Shown: piece after piece, positions 33,540 to 43,691 of the stretch | Layout of the letters: each line of letters begins with the position of its first letter | Position numbering within the stretch: position 1 is the first letter of the stretch | Assembly (NCBI GenBank): GCA_964574335.1 | Contig: CAZNNH010000008.1 | Span: forward strand, 17,707-81,706 | Direction: 5' to 3' | Length of the DNA: 64,000 nt | DNA from: an uncultured Acidobacteriota bacterium | GTDB taxonomy: Bacteria > Acidobacteriota > Vicinamibacteria > Fen-336 | Translations under genes and position numbers: made by a program | Notes under the pieces: model-generated | What the model saw: only the letters and a program-made list of their open reading frames with translations | What the model was told of the DNA's origin: nothing | Databases searched by the model: none

Positions 33540-34478
33540 TCAGTGCTTGCGGAAGAGCGTGATGACCATCGAGACCAGGGCCTCCGGGCCTTCCGGCCCC
33601 TTGACCACGAACGCGTCAGCCCCGTGGATGGTCCGGGCTTCCTGCTCGGAGTGGATGGCGGTCCGGGTGTAGAGCAGTATCGGGATGTTGATCCACTCGA
33701 TGGTGGCCCGGACCATGTCGATCATGTCCTTGCCGGTCCGGGCGCCCTTGAGGTCCAGCTCGAGCACCAGCACGTCCGGCTTCTGCTCGGAGATGGCGGC
33801 GATGGCCTGGTCCACCGTGTCCATCGCGCGCACCGGGATCTCGACCGCCTGCAGCGCCTTCTCCGCCGCTTCGCGAGTCGCCGTGTCGTCGTCCAGCAGC
33901 AGCACCGTCTTCTGCTGGCGGAGGCGTGGCGTGGCCGGCGGCAGGACGGCGAAGTCGCCCTCCTCGGTCGACCCCTCCTCCCCCTCGGCGGACGCCGTCC
34001 CCGCCGTCGGCGTGAGCCGGGAGTCGAGGATGGCCAGGATCTGCTTCTGGGTCTGGTAGAGGGCGAACATCAGCTCGGCCACCGTCGATGACGCCGTGGG
34101 ATCGGTGGGCGCGGTTGCCGACTCCTCCCGAGGGGTCGGCGCCGCTGCGACCGGTGGCGGGGCCGGGGCGGCGACGGGAGGAGGCGCAGGCGCCGCCTCT
34201 CTGGCCGGCAACGGCGGCGGCTCGATCGTCATCGTGGGCGGGGGCGGGGGCGGGGGCGGGGGCGGAGGCGTGGCCTGGCCCTGCGCCTGCGCCTGGGCCT
34301 GGGCTTGAGCCATCACCGCCTTCAGCTTCGTGGTGACCGACTGGGTCCCCGAGGCGGGCTGGACTGGACGGCTCCTGAGGCGCGTCCCGCAGCCGGGACA
34401 AGCGAAGAAGCTCCCTGGCTCCACATCGACGTCGAAGGCGATATGGCACTTCGGGCACTTACCTCGGGCGCGTGGCAT
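33540..34478 (-). CDS. Zinc-ribbon / Pro-rich linker / C-terminal response-regulator receiver domain protein
   Basis: N-terminal CPKC...CPGC zinc ribbon, an (AQ)n and poly-Pro low-complexity linker, and a C-terminal CheY-like receiver (VLLLDDD...). GAGGGAGGAG lies upstream of the ATG. Confidence 0.7.
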   Translation of the reverse strand: MPRARGKCPKCHIAFDVDVEPGSFFACPGCGTRLRSRPVQPASGTQSVTTKLKAVMAQAQAQAQAQGQATPPPPPPPPPPPTMTIEPPPLPAREAAPAPPPVAAPAPPPVAAAPTPREESATAPTDPTASSTVAELMFALYQTQKQILAILDSRLTPTAGTASAEGEEGSTEEGDFAVLPPATPRLRQQKTVLLLDDDTATREAAEKALQAVEIPVRAMDTVDQAIAAISEQKPDVLVLELDLKGARTGKDMIDMVRATIEWINIPILLYTRTAIHSEQEARTIHGADAFVVKGPEGPEALVSMVITLFRKH

Positions 34479-35376
34479 GTTCCGTTGCTCCTCCCTCACC
34501 AGATTGGTGCACCTCGACGGTGGCGTGGACGATACCCAGCCTGTCCGGTATCAGGCCGCGATAGTGATCGGGGCACTTGGGGGCCCGCGAGACCACACAC
34601 AAAGAAGCCGCGAAGCGCCGGGGACCGATGGCCCAGACGTGCAGGTCGGTGACCCGATCTCCCTCGGGCGCCTCGATCGCCTCTCTCAGCCGCTGTGGCA
34701 CGTCGCCGGAGGCCTGGTGATCGAGCAGGACGTGCCCGGTCTCCCGGGCCAGGCCGAACCCCCACCGGGCCACCAGCAACGATCCCGCTAGACCGGTCGC
34801 CGGGTCGAGCCAGGTGGCCCCCCAGATCCGGCCGGCGGCGAGGGCGACGATGGCCATCACGCTGGTCAGCGCGTCGGCCACGACGTGGAGGCTCGCGGCC
34901 CGGAGGTTGTGGTCGTGGCTCCGGTAGCCGTCACCGGCGTGGCCGCCAGCGAGGATGAAGAAGCTCACCACGTTCACCAGAAGGCCCACGCCGGCCACGA
35001 CGATGGCGTGCACGAACGCGATCTCCACGGGATGGACCAGGCGCTCCAGGCTCTCCCAGGCCATCAGCAGCGAGAACCCGCCGAGCAGAAGCGCGCTCGT
35101 GAACCCGCCCAACGCGTTCACCTTGCCGGTGCCGAAGCTGAAGCGGGGGTCGTTGGCGCGGCGACGCGCGTAGACGTAGGCCGCCACCGCGATGCCGAGG
35201 GCGGCCCCGTGGGAGGCCATGTGCAGGCCGTCGGCCAGGAGGGCCATCGACCCGTAGGCCAGGCCGGCCACCACCTCGGCCACCATCATGACCCCGGTCA
35301 GCGCCACCACGGCGATGGTGCGCGGCTCCCCCGCCTGCACCTGGTCCTGTCCGAAGGTGTGGTCGTGTGACCTCAT
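34459..35376 (-). CDS. Cation diffusion facilitator (CzcD-like) metal efflux transporter
   Basis: Six TM helices with the HxxxD motifs and a C-terminal cytoplasmic domain. The start ATG overlaps the hemY stop (ATGA). Confidence 0.85.
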   Translation of the reverse strand: MRSHDHTFGQDQVQAGEPRTIAVVALTGVMMVAEVVAGLAYGSMALLADGLHMASHGAALGIAVAAYVYARRRANDPRFSFGTGKVNALGGFTSALLLGGFSLLMAWESLERLVHPVEIAFVHAIVVAGVGLLVNVVSFFILAGGHAGDGYRSHDHNLRAASLHVVADALTSVMAIVALAAGRIWGATWLDPATGLAGSLLVARWGFGLARETGHVLLDHQASGDVPQRLREAIEAPEGDRVTDLHVWAIGPRRFAASLCVVSRAPKCPDHYRGLIPDRLGIVHATVEVHQSGEGGATEHATRPR

Positions 35377-36764
35377 GGCTCCGCCGGACGATCGACCCCC
35401 AGCCCCCTCAGCACCCGGTCCGCCAGCGGGCCAGCCTCCGCGACACAGGAGTTGATGGCCACGCCGCGAAAGGCGTTGCCGGCAAGGTATAGCCCCGCAC
35501 GCCGCGAGATCAAGTCGTCGAGGCGCAGAAGCCGGTCCAGGTGCCCCACCGTGTACTGGGGGATCCCGATCGGATGCCGGAAGAGGTGTGTGAAGCACGG
35601 CGCGACGCGAAGCCCCATGGTCGTAGCCAGCTCACGGCGTGTCGTCTCGACCAGCTCGTCGTCCCCGACCTCGATCGCGGCCGGGTCGTGGGCCCCACCC
35701 ACCATCACCCGGATCAGGGCCCGCCCCGTCGGCGCCCGCCCGGGATAGATGCTCGAGTCCCACAGCGCCCCCAGCAGGCGCGGCCCCTCCCCACGCGGGA
35801 CCAGGAACCCGAAGCCGTCCAGCGGCCGCTCCAGCCGGTCCTCCTGGTAGCCCAGACACACCACGACGAGGGGCGCCGCCCTGATCTCGCCGAGCGTCAC
35901 CGCCATCTCCGGCTCGGTCGCCTTCAGGATCCCGGCGCTGGCGGGCGCCCCCCCGGCCAGCACCACCGCATCGGCCTCGAGCGCGTCGGCGCCCGACAAG
36001 CGGAGGCGATAGCGGCCGTTCCGAGCCTCCAGGGTGGTGACCTCGGCCTCGAGGCGCAGGCGCGACCCGAGCCGCGCGGCGAGGGCCTGCACCAGCTCCT
36101 CGGTCCCCTCCCGGAACGAGGTGAGGCGGCCCACCGGCGAGCCGATCCCTTCCCCTCGGCGTGCTCGCCCCGCGCGCCTCTTGGCGAGGAGAGCGCGGAA
36201 CAGCCCCCCATGGTCGGTCTCCATCTGCCACATCTTGGGAAAGCAGGCCCGCAGCGAGAGCCGCCGGGCATCGCCCCCGAAGACGCCCGAGACCATGGAG
36301 TCGATCAGGACGTCGGCCGCCTCCTGCCCGATGCGCCGGCTGGCGAAGGCGTGGATGGTCTCGTCGCCGGCTGGTCGGCGGCTGGCGAAGGGCTCCATCA
36401 GGACCCGCAGCTTGGCGGGCCAGGAGAGGAGGCCGCTCCCCAAGAAGGCCAGCGGGCCGCCGGGAAGCGCGTGCAGGCGGCCGCGGCGAAAGATGAAGCG
36501 TCGCCGGGCGCGGTCGTCGCTGACCTGGACCCGTCCTTGGAGCCCCAGCTCCCGGACCAGGTCGAGCGTCTCCTCGACGCTGTCGAGGAAGCCGTTCGGT
36601 CCCCACTCGCACAGGAAGCCGTCGATCCTCTGGCTGCGGATGTTGCCGCCGGGCCGGGCCGCCCCCTCCAGCACCACCACCTCGATGTCGCTCCCCCGCC
36701 GGGTGAGGGCGTGGGCCACGCTCAGGCCGGCGATCCCGCCGCCGACCACCGCCACCCGCTTCAC
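35373..36764 (-). CDS. hemY: Protoporphyrinogen (or coproporphyrinogen) oxidase, HemY-type
   Basis: FAD-binding GGGIAGL at the N-terminus with the HemY fold throughout. The GTG start overlaps the hemH stop (GTGA). Confidence 0.85.
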   Translation of the reverse strand: MKRVAVVGGGIAGLSVAHALTRRGSDIEVVVLEGAARPGGNIRSQRIDGFLCEWGPNGFLDSVEETLDLVRELGLQGRVQVSDDRARRRFIFRRGRLHALPGGPLAFLGSGLLSWPAKLRVLMEPFASRRPAGDETIHAFASRRIGQEAADVLIDSMVSGVFGGDARRLSLRACFPKMWQMETDHGGLFRALLAKRRAGRARRGEGIGSPVGRLTSFREGTEELVQALAARLGSRLRLEAEVTTLEARNGRYRLRLSGADALEADAVVLAGGAPASAGILKATEPEMAVTLGEIRAAPLVVVCLGYQEDRLERPLDGFGFLVPRGEGPRLLGALWDSSIYPGRAPTGRALIRVMVGGAHDPAAIEVGDDELVETTRRELATTMGLRVAPCFTHLFRHPIGIPQYTVGHLDRLLRLDDLISRRAGLYLAGNAFRGVAINSCVAEAGPLADRVLRGLGVDRPAEP

Positions 36765-37861
36765 GCCGGGTCCTCCAGGTGACGCTCCACCAGGCGCGCC
36801 AGCGCCTCGATGAAGGTGGGGTGGGTGCCGAGGGCCTCGCAGCGCCGGTAGTCGGTGATGCCGGCCCGGTGCGCCCGCTCGGCGAACAGCATGTCGATCT
36901 CGTAGAGGGTCTCGATGTGCTCCGAGACGAAGGAGATCGGGATCACCAGCACCTCGTTCACGCCCTCCCCTCCGAGCCGGTCGAGCATCTCGTCGGTCCC
37001 GGGACCGATCCAGCGCACCGGCCCGGTGCGCGATTGGAAGGCGAGCTCGTGCCGGTTGGGCAGGCCCAGGCGGTCGAGCACGCCGCGCCGGGTCTCTTCG
37101 GTCTCGGCCACGTAGGGGTCGCCGCGGTCGACGAAACGCTGCGGCAGGCCGTGGGCGCTGAACAGCAGCACCACCCGGTCGCGACGGTCCAGCGGGAAGT
37201 CCTCGAGGCCGCGGCGCACCGTGTCGGCCAGGGCCTCCAGGTAGAGCGGGTCGCTCGGGTAGCGATCGATGTGGGTCACCTCGAAGCGGTCCCGGTAGGG
37301 CCGCCCTCCGAGCGCCCTCTCGAGCTCGCGCCGGGACGACCCGGTGGTGGCCTGCGAGTACTGCGGGTAGAGGGTCAGAGTCACCAGACGCCGCTGCCCC
37401 TCGGCGGCGGCGGCGGCGAGCGCGGCGTGGGTCGAGGGGTGCCAGTAGCGCATGGCGATGTGGACCCTGAACCGCTCGGCCTTCCGGTTGAGCTGCGCCT
37501 CCAGGGCGCGCGCCTGCTCCTGGGTCCAGTAGAGCTGCGACGAGCCTCCCCCGATCAGCGCGTAGTTGCGGCGCACCGACGGGCCCCGCAGCTTGGCGAT
37601 GAGCCAGGCGAACAGCGGCTGGAGCACGGCGCCGAGGGGCAGCTCGATGATCTCCCGATCCGAGAAGAGGCGGCGCAGGAACGGCTCCACCGAGAGAAGG
37701 TCCGGAGGCCCCCCGAGGCTGAACAGGACCACCCCGATCGGCTCCCCGGCGGGCGACGGCCCAGGGGCCGGGTCGCCTGGCTGGAGCAGGGAGGTCGCCA
37801 GGGGACGGGGACGGCTCCGGGAACCGCCAGGCTTGCGGGGACGCCGCTTGTGCCTTCCCAT
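36761..37861 (-). CDS. hemH: Ferrochelatase
   Basis: Ferrochelatase family throughout (VLFSLGGP...HGLP...SFVSEHIETLYEID). It has an N-terminal basic extension. The start lies 3 nt after the hemN stop. Confidence 0.9.
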   Translation of the reverse strand: MGRHKRRPRKPGGSRSRPRPLATSLLQPGDPAPGPSPAGEPIGVVLFSLGGPPDLLSVEPFLRRLFSDREIIELPLGAVLQPLFAWLIAKLRGPSVRRNYALIGGGSSQLYWTQEQARALEAQLNRKAERFRVHIAMRYWHPSTHAALAAAAAEGQRRLVTLTLYPQYSQATTGSSRRELERALGGRPYRDRFEVTHIDRYPSDPLYLEALADTVRRGLEDFPLDRRDRVVLLFSAHGLPQRFVDRGDPYVAETEETRRGVLDRLGLPNRHELAFQSRTGPVRWIGPGTDEMLDRLGGEGVNEVLVIPISFVSEHIETLYEIDMLFAERAHRAGITDYRRCEALGTHPTFIEALARLVERHLEDPA

Positions 37862-37864
37862 CGC

Positions 37865-39289
37865 TCAGATGGTCCGAGAGAAGACCGGCTGATCGCCGGC
37901 CTTGGCGCGCAGATAGCGGTCGAAGGTCATGCAGACGTTGCGCACCAGTAGCCGCCCACGTTCGGTGATCTCGATCCGGTCCGGGTGGACCTCCACCAGG
38001 CCGTCGCCAACCGGTCCCGGCTCGGCCCCGAGCTCGGCCAGCTCCGGCCCGAAGTAGTCGGCGAAGTCGATCCCGAAACGCCGCTCCACCTCGGCGCGGT
38101 CCAGGAAGAAGTTGCACATGAGCTGGGCGATGACGTAGCGCCGGATCTGGTCGTCGGTGGAGAGGATGTAGCCCCGCTCGATCGGGAAACGGCCGGCATC
38201 GAGGGCCTGATAGTAGCCGCTCAGCTTCTTGACGTTCTGGGCGAAGGCGGAGGCGACGTCCCCGATCGCCGAGACCCCGACCCCCAGCATGTCAGGGGCG
38301 GGCCGGGTGGTGTATCCCATGAAGTTGCGATGGAGGCGCCGGGCGGCGGCCGCACGCGCCAGCTCGTCGCCGGGCAGGGCGAAGTGGTCCATGCCGATCT
38401 GCCGGTAGCCGGCCGCCAGGAACCGGTCCCGCGCCTCCAGGAACAGCTCCAGCTTCTGCTTCGGCGGCGGGAGCTGGGCCGGGTCGATGCGCTTCTGGTG
38501 GGCCCGGATCCACGGGACGTGGGCGAAGGAGTAGACGGCCACCCGGTCGGGGCGCATGTCGATCACCGTGTCGACGGCCGCCCCGAAGGAGACCCGGGTC
38601 TGCAGCGGAAGACCGTAGATCAGGTCGACGTTGATCGACTTGAAGCCGAGCTGCCGGGCTTGATCGGAGAGCTCCCGGGTCTCCGCCACCCCCTGGACGC
38701 GGTTGACCGCCTTCTGCACCTCGGGGGTGAAGTCCTGGACGCCCATCGACAGTCGGTTGAAGCCGAGGCCTCCCAGCAGCTCGAGATGCTCGCGCCGAGT
38801 CACCCGCGGGTCCACCTCGATCGCCACCTCGCCGTCCGGGTCGACCTCGAAGTAGCGCGTCACCTCCCGGTGCAGCGCCTCCATCTGGGAGGGGTCCAGG
38901 TAGGTGGGGGTGCCGCCGCCCCAGTGGTACTGCACCACCCGGCGCCGCTCGCCGAGCTGCCGGGCGAGCAGGGCGATCTCGCGGTGCAGGTAGCCGAGAT
39001 AACGCCCCGCCACCTCGCGCTTGCGGGTGATCACCACCATGCAGCCGCAGAAATGGCAACGCTCCTCGCAAAACGGCAGGTGCAGGTACAGCGACAGCGG
39101 CTGGTCCGGGGCGCGCGCCGCCACCGCCAGCCGCTCGCGGTAGGCCGCCTCGTCGAACGCCTGGCTGAACTCCACCGCGGTCGGGTAGGAGGTGTAGCGG
39201 GGGCCGGGGCGGTCGTACTGGCGCAGCAGCTCCAGGCTCACCGAGCGGGCGTCGTCGGCCGGCCGGCGGCCCGCGGTGGCCGAGCTCAC
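37865..39289 (-). CDS. hemN: Oxygen-independent coproporphyrinogen III oxidase (radical SAM)
   Basis: CxxxCxxC (CEERCHFC) radical-SAM motif with the HemN N- and C-terminal domains. Confidence 0.9.
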   Translation of the reverse strand: MSSATAGRRPADDARSVSLELLRQYDRPGPRYTSYPTAVEFSQAFDEAAYRERLAVAARAPDQPLSLYLHLPFCEERCHFCGCMVVITRKREVAGRYLGYLHREIALLARQLGERRRVVQYHWGGGTPTYLDPSQMEALHREVTRYFEVDPDGEVAIEVDPRVTRREHLELLGGLGFNRLSMGVQDFTPEVQKAVNRVQGVAETRELSDQARQLGFKSINVDLIYGLPLQTRVSFGAAVDTVIDMRPDRVAVYSFAHVPWIRAHQKRIDPAQLPPPKQKLELFLEARDRFLAAGYRQIGMDHFALPGDELARAAAARRLHRNFMGYTTRPAPDMLGVGVSAIGDVASAFAQNVKKLSGYYQALDAGRFPIERGYILSTDDQIRRYVIAQLMCNFFLDRAEVERRFGIDFADYFGPELAELGAEPGPVGDGLVEVHPDRIEITERGRLLVRNVCMTFDRYLRAKAGDQPVFSRTI

Positions 39290-40404
39290 GCGCCCTCCAG
39301 GCTCGAGAGCGCGCGGACGTACTCCACCAGGGCCTCGGCGTGCTCTGGAGGCGTGGTGGGCAGGATCCCGTGCCCGAGGTTGAAGATGTGGCCGGGCGCG
39401 ACGGCGGTCGAGCCGGGCTCGCCCCCCAGCTCGAGGGCCCGCGCCTCACGCAGCACCGCGGCCACCCGCTCCCGGATCCGCTCGGGCGGGCCGAGCAGGA
39501 CGCCGGGATCGAGGTTCCCCTGCACCGCCACCGCATCGCCCAGCCGGCGCCGGGTCTCGTCCAGGCCGACCCGCCAGTCCACACCGACCACGTCGGCGCC
39601 GACGGCCGCGCACAGCTCGAGGTACCCGGCCGACTCCCCCGCGTAGTAGAGGGTCGGCGCAGCGCCCTCGAGCGAGGCGACCTGAGACACCGCGTTCAAG
39701 ACCCTCCACGCGTAAGGCCGGGCGAACTCCTCGTAGTCTCGAGGTCCCAGCATCCCGGCCCAGGTGTCGAACAGCATCACCGCCTGGGCGCCGGCAGCCA
39801 CCTGCTCCGAGAGGTAGGAGCAGAGGGTGGTCGTGCACTTGCCCAGCAGCTCGTGGGCCAGGTCGGGGGCCGCAAACAGCATCTCCTTGGTGGCGGCGAA
39901 GGAGCGCGACCCACCCCCCTCGATCAGATAGGTGGCGACGGTGAACGGGGCGCCGGCGAAGCCGATCAGGGGCACCTGCTCGGGGAGCTCGCGGCGCAGC
40001 AGCCCGATCGCCTCCAGCACGAAGCCGGTGGCCTCGGCGGCCTCCGGCGTGCGCAGGGCGGCCACGTCCTCCTCGGTGCGGATCGAGCGCTCCAGGACCG
40101 GGGCCGGCTCGAACGCCACATCCACCCCCATCCCCGGCAGGGGGACCAGGATGTCCGAGAAGAGGATGGCGGCGTCGACGCCCAGGCGCCTCACCGGCTG
40201 CAGCGTGATCTCGCAGGCCAGCTCCGGGGTGCGGCAGGCGGTGAGGAAGTCGTGCTTCTCGCGCAGCGCGCGATACTCGGGGAGGTAGCGGCCCGCCTGG
40301 CGCATGATCCACACAGGGGTCCGCTCGACCGGCTGACGGCGGCAGGCGCGCAGGAACAGCGGCTCCCGAGGATGCTGGGGGTTGGCGGCGGGCAGGCCGG
40401 TCAC
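39286..40404 (-). CDS. hemE: Uroporphyrinogen decarboxylase
   Basis: PVERTPVWIMRQAGRYLPEY is the HemE signature. GTG start just after the hemB stop. Confidence 0.9.
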   Translation of the reverse strand: MTGLPAANPQHPREPLFLRACRRQPVERTPVWIMRQAGRYLPEYRALREKHDFLTACRTPELACEITLQPVRRLGVDAAILFSDILVPLPGMGVDVAFEPAPVLERSIRTEEDVAALRTPEAAEATGFVLEAIGLLRRELPEQVPLIGFAGAPFTVATYLIEGGGSRSFAATKEMLFAAPDLAHELLGKCTTTLCSYLSEQVAAGAQAVMLFDTWAGMLGPRDYEEFARPYAWRVLNAVSQVASLEGAAPTLYYAGESAGYLELCAAVGADVVGVDWRVGLDETRRRLGDAVAVQGNLDPGVLLGPPERIRERVAAVLREARALELGGEPGSTAVAPGHIFNLGHGILPTTPPEHAEALVEYVRALSSLEGA

Positions 40405-40412
40405 CGATACCC

Positions 40413-41399
40413 TCAGCCCAGCCGCCGCGCCAGCTGCTTGGCGAAGTAGGTCAGGATGATGTCGGCGCCGGCCCGCCGGATCGAGAGGAGCGCCTCGAGG
40501 GCCACCCGCTCCTCGTCGAGCCAACCCCTCTCGCCGGCGGCCTTGATCATCGAGTACTCGCCGGAGACGCTGTACGCCGCCACCGGCACGTCGAAGCGCT
40601 CCCTCACCCGCCAGATCACGTCCAGGTAAGAGAGCGCCGGCTTGACCATCACCACGTCGGCGCCCTCGGCGATGTCGGCCTCGACCTCGCGGAGCGCCTC
40701 ACGGGCGTTGCCCGGGTCCATCTGGTAGCCCCGCCGGTCGCCGAAAGCGGGCGCCGACTCGGCCGCCTCCCGGAACGGACCGTAGAAGGCCGACGCGTAC
40801 TTGGCCGCGTAGGAGACGATCACGACGTCGGAGCGGCCGGCGTCGTCGAGGGCCCGGCGGATCGCCGCCACCCGCCCGTCCATCATGTCGGAGGGGGCCA
40901 CCACGTCGGCGCCCGCCGTCGCGTAGGCGACGGCGGCCCGGGCCAACAGCGGGAGCGTGCGGTCGTTGTCGACGTGGGTCCGGCCGTCGGGTCCCTGGCG
41001 GAGCGGCCCGCAGTGGCCGTGGCTGGTGTACTCGCACATGCAGACGTCGGCCCACAGCGACAGCTCGGGGAGCTCGGCGCGGATCGCCCGCAGCGCCCGC
41101 GGCACCACGCCGCCCTCGGCGTAGGCGCCGGTGCCCTCCGGGTCCTTGCTGGCGGGGATGCCGAACAGGATCACCCCCGGCACGCCGACCTGCCACAGCT
41201 CCCGGCACTCGTCGACCACCCGGTCCACGCTCATCTGGGCGCACCCCGGCATGGCCGAGATCGGCCGCGTCACGCCTTCGCCTTCGCAGACGAAAAGCGG
41301 GGCGATCAGGTCGTCGGGTCTGAGCGACGTCTCGCGTACGAGCCGGCGCAGCGTCTCGTTGCGCCGCAGGCGGCGGGGGCGGTGAGTGGGGAAGCTCAT
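40413..41399 (-). CDS. hemB: Porphobilinogen synthase (delta-aminolevulinate dehydratase)
   Basis: The ALAD family active-site region is present, and GGAG lies upstream of the MSFPTH ATG. Confidence 0.9.
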   Translation of the reverse strand: MSFPTHRPRRLRRNETLRRLVRETSLRPDDLIAPLFVCEGEGVTRPISAMPGCAQMSVDRVVDECRELWQVGVPGVILFGIPASKDPEGTGAYAEGGVVPRALRAIRAELPELSLWADVCMCEYTSHGHCGPLRQGPDGRTHVDNDRTLPLLARAAVAYATAGADVVAPSDMMDGRVAAIRRALDDAGRSDVVIVSYAAKYASAFYGPFREAAESAPAFGDRRGYQMDPGNAREALREVEADIAEGADVVMVKPALSYLDVIWRVRERFDVPVAAYSVSGEYSMIKAAGERGWLDEERVALEALLSIRRAGADIILTYFAKQLARRLG

Positions 41400-41415
41400 G
41401 GCCGGACTCCTCGCT

Positions 41416-42396
41416 TCAGGCTCGCTCCTCGGGGCTCGGGAGGCTGATGGTGTCACGTCCAGAGGCGGCGCGCACGCCCTCCAGGATCCGGTCGGCCCCC
41501 TCGGCGATGAGCCGATTGGCCAGAGACTCGCCGAGGTGACGGGCATCGTTCCTGGAGACGACCTCGGCCGTCTCTTCCCCGCTCACGACCTGCTCGCCGT
41601 CGAGACCGGCCACCAGCCCCCGCAGCCTCAAGAGGCGTCCCTCCCAGGTGGCCAGGGCGCCAATGGGGACCTGGCATCCGCCTTCCAGCCGGCCGAGCAG
41701 GCCACGCTCCGCGGCAGTGGCCAGGTGGGTGGGCCGATGATCGAGGACCTGGAGCCAGGGGCGAGCGCTCGGGGCGACCTCTCGCGCCTCGACGCCGATG
41801 GCCCCCTGGCCCACCGCCGGGAGCATCGCCTCCGCGTCGATCGTCTCGGTGATCCGCGAGCCGAGGCCGAGCCGTAGCAGCCCGGCCCGAGCCATCACGA
41901 CAGCGTCGTAGTCTCCCTGATCCAGCTTCGACAGGCGGGTGGGCACGTTGCCCCGCAGGTCCCGCACGTCCAGGTCGGGGCGCCGGAGAAGGAGCTGCGC
42001 CCGACGGCGCAGCGACGAGGTGCCGATCCGGGCACCCTCCGGCAGCTCGTCGAGCCGATGGCCGGCCGGGCAGACCAGGGCGTCGCTCGGATCCTCGCGC
42101 TCCAGCACCGCGCCGAGCCCCAGGCCCCGTGGTACCTGGGTGGGAAGGTCCTTGAGGCTGTGGACGGCGACGTCGATGGCGCCTTCGAGCAGGCGCTCCT
42201 CCAGCTCCTTGGTGAACAGCCCCTTGTCTCCAATCTTGGCCAGGGGCGTGTCCAGGATCCGGTCGCCGGTGGTGTGCACCACCACCCGCTCGGCGGCGAG
42301 GCCGGCCCCGGCCAGCAGCTCGATCACCCGGTCCGCCTGCCAGAGCGCGAGCCGGCTGCCCCGGGTGCCGACCCGTAGCGGCGTCTCAGTCGCCAT
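41416..42396 (-). CDS. hemC: Hydroxymethylbilane synthase (porphobilinogen deaminase)
   Basis: [13 protein letters not shown] at the N-terminus. The start overlaps the hemA stop by 11 nt. Confidence 0.9.
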   Translation of the reverse strand: MATETPLRVGTRGSRLALWQADRVIELLAGAGLAAERVVVHTTGDRILDTPLAKIGDKGLFTKELEERLLEGAIDVAVHSLKDLPTQVPRGLGLGAVLEREDPSDALVCPAGHRLDELPEGARIGTSSLRRRAQLLLRRPDLDVRDLRGNVPTRLSKLDQGDYDAVVMARAGLLRLGLGSRITETIDAEAMLPAVGQGAIGVEAREVAPSARPWLQVLDHRPTHLATAAERGLLGRLEGGCQVPIGALATWEGRLLRLRGLVAGLDGEQVVSGEETAEVVSRNDARHLGESLANRLIAEGADRILEGVRAASGRDTISLPSPEERA

Positions 42397-43684
42397 GCTC
42401 CGCCTCGGTGTCGGCCCCGTCGGCGACGCCGCTCAGCCCGAAGAGCTCGCGCACCGCATCCAGGCGGTCCAGGCCCTGCTCGGTGCCGAGGTCGATCTCC
42501 TTGATCAGCGTGGTGGGGCGGTGCAGCAGCTTGTTGATCAGGGCCTTGGTGAGCCGCTCCACCCGCTCCTGCTCCGGGGCCGAGAAATGGCGCAGGCTCT
42601 TGCTCACCTCCTCTCTCCGCACCCGTTCGTACTGCTCGCGCAGCGCCCGCACCACCGGGGCGGCCCCCAGCCCGTTGAGCCAAGCGAAAAACCGGTCGAC
42701 CTCTTCCTCGACGATCGCCTCCACCCTCGGCACCTCGCCCTGGCGACGGGCCAGGTTGCCATCGACGATGGTGCGCAGCGCGTCGATCGGGTAGAGGAAG
42801 ACGTTGTCGCGGCGCCCGGCCGCCTCCTCGATGTCCCGGGGGATGGCCAGGTCGACCAGCAGCAGCGGCCGCCTCGGCCGCTCGGCCATCACCGCCTGGA
42901 CCATCGCGTCGGAGATGATGGGCTCCGCCGATCGCGTCGCGCACAGGACCACGTCGGCCTGAGGCAGGGCCTCCGAAAGCCCGGCCAACGGGAGCACCTG
43001 GGCGGAAAGCTCCTGGGCCACCTTCTGCGCCCGCTCCAGGGAGCGGTTGGCGATCAGCAACGCCGCCGGATGCTGCTCGGAAAAGTGGCGGGCCGCCAGG
43101 CTGCCGGTCTCGCCGGCGCCCACCACCAGCACTCGCCGTCCGTCGAGCTGACCAAAGACCTTGATGGCCAGGGACACCGCCGCCGAGGCCACCGACACGC
43201 TGCCGGCCCCGATCTCGGTCTCGGCCCGCGACCGCTTGCCGGCGTGGATCGCCGCCGCCAGCAGGCGCTCGAGCAGCAGACCGGCGGTCCCCGACTCCAG
43301 GGCCATCGCGTAGGCGGCCTTGACCTGGCCCAGGATCTGCATCTCGCCGAGCACCATCGAGTCGATCCCGCTCGTCACCCGCAGGAGCTGGCGCACCGCC
43401 TCGCGGCGCCTCAGCAGATAGCGATGATCCCCGGGGGCCAGCAGGTCGGCCCCTTTCGCCGCCATCAACCGGGAGCGGATCTCCTGCTCGCCCGCTTCCG
43501 GGTCGGGGGCCAGGGCGTACACCTCGGTGCGGTTGCAGGTGGAGAGGATCATCGCCTCTTTGACCGCGGGAGAGGCGCCCAGCGCGCCCAGGGCGTGGTG
43601 GGTCTCCTCGGGCGTGAACGAAAGCCGCTCGCGCAGATCAACCGGCGCGGTACGGTGGTTCACCCCGAGAAGCAGCAGCTCCAA
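42386..43684 (-). CDS. hemA: Glutamyl-tRNA reductase
   Basis: GVNHRTAPVDLRERL...STCNRTEVY is the HemA signature. Confidence 0.9.
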   Translation of the reverse strand: MELLLLGVNHRTAPVDLRERLSFTPEETHHALGALGASPAVKEAMILSTCNRTEVYALAPDPEAGEQEIRSRLMAAKGADLLAPGDHRYLLRRREAVRQLLRVTSGIDSMVLGEMQILGQVKAAYAMALESGTAGLLLERLLAAAIHAGKRSRAETEIGAGSVSVASAAVSLAIKVFGQLDGRRVLVVGAGETGSLAARHFSEQHPAALLIANRSLERAQKVAQELSAQVLPLAGLSEALPQADVVLCATRSAEPIISDAMVQAVMAERPRRPLLLVDLAIPRDIEEAAGRRDNVFLYPIDALRTIVDGNLARRQGEVPRVEAIVEEEVDRFFAWLNGLGAAPVVRALREQYERVRREEVSKSLRHFSAPEQERVERLTKALINKLLHRPTTLIKEIDLGTEQGLDRLDAVRELFGLSGVADGADTEAEHGD

Positions 43685-43691
43685 GTGGGCC

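Noticed and set aside
34096-34340. GGCGGGGGC / GCCTGGGCC tandem short repeats that superficially resemble a repeat array
   Set aside because: They are in-frame codons for the poly-Pro and (AQ)n linker of the receiver-domain protein on the other strand. There are no spacers, so this is not CRISPR.
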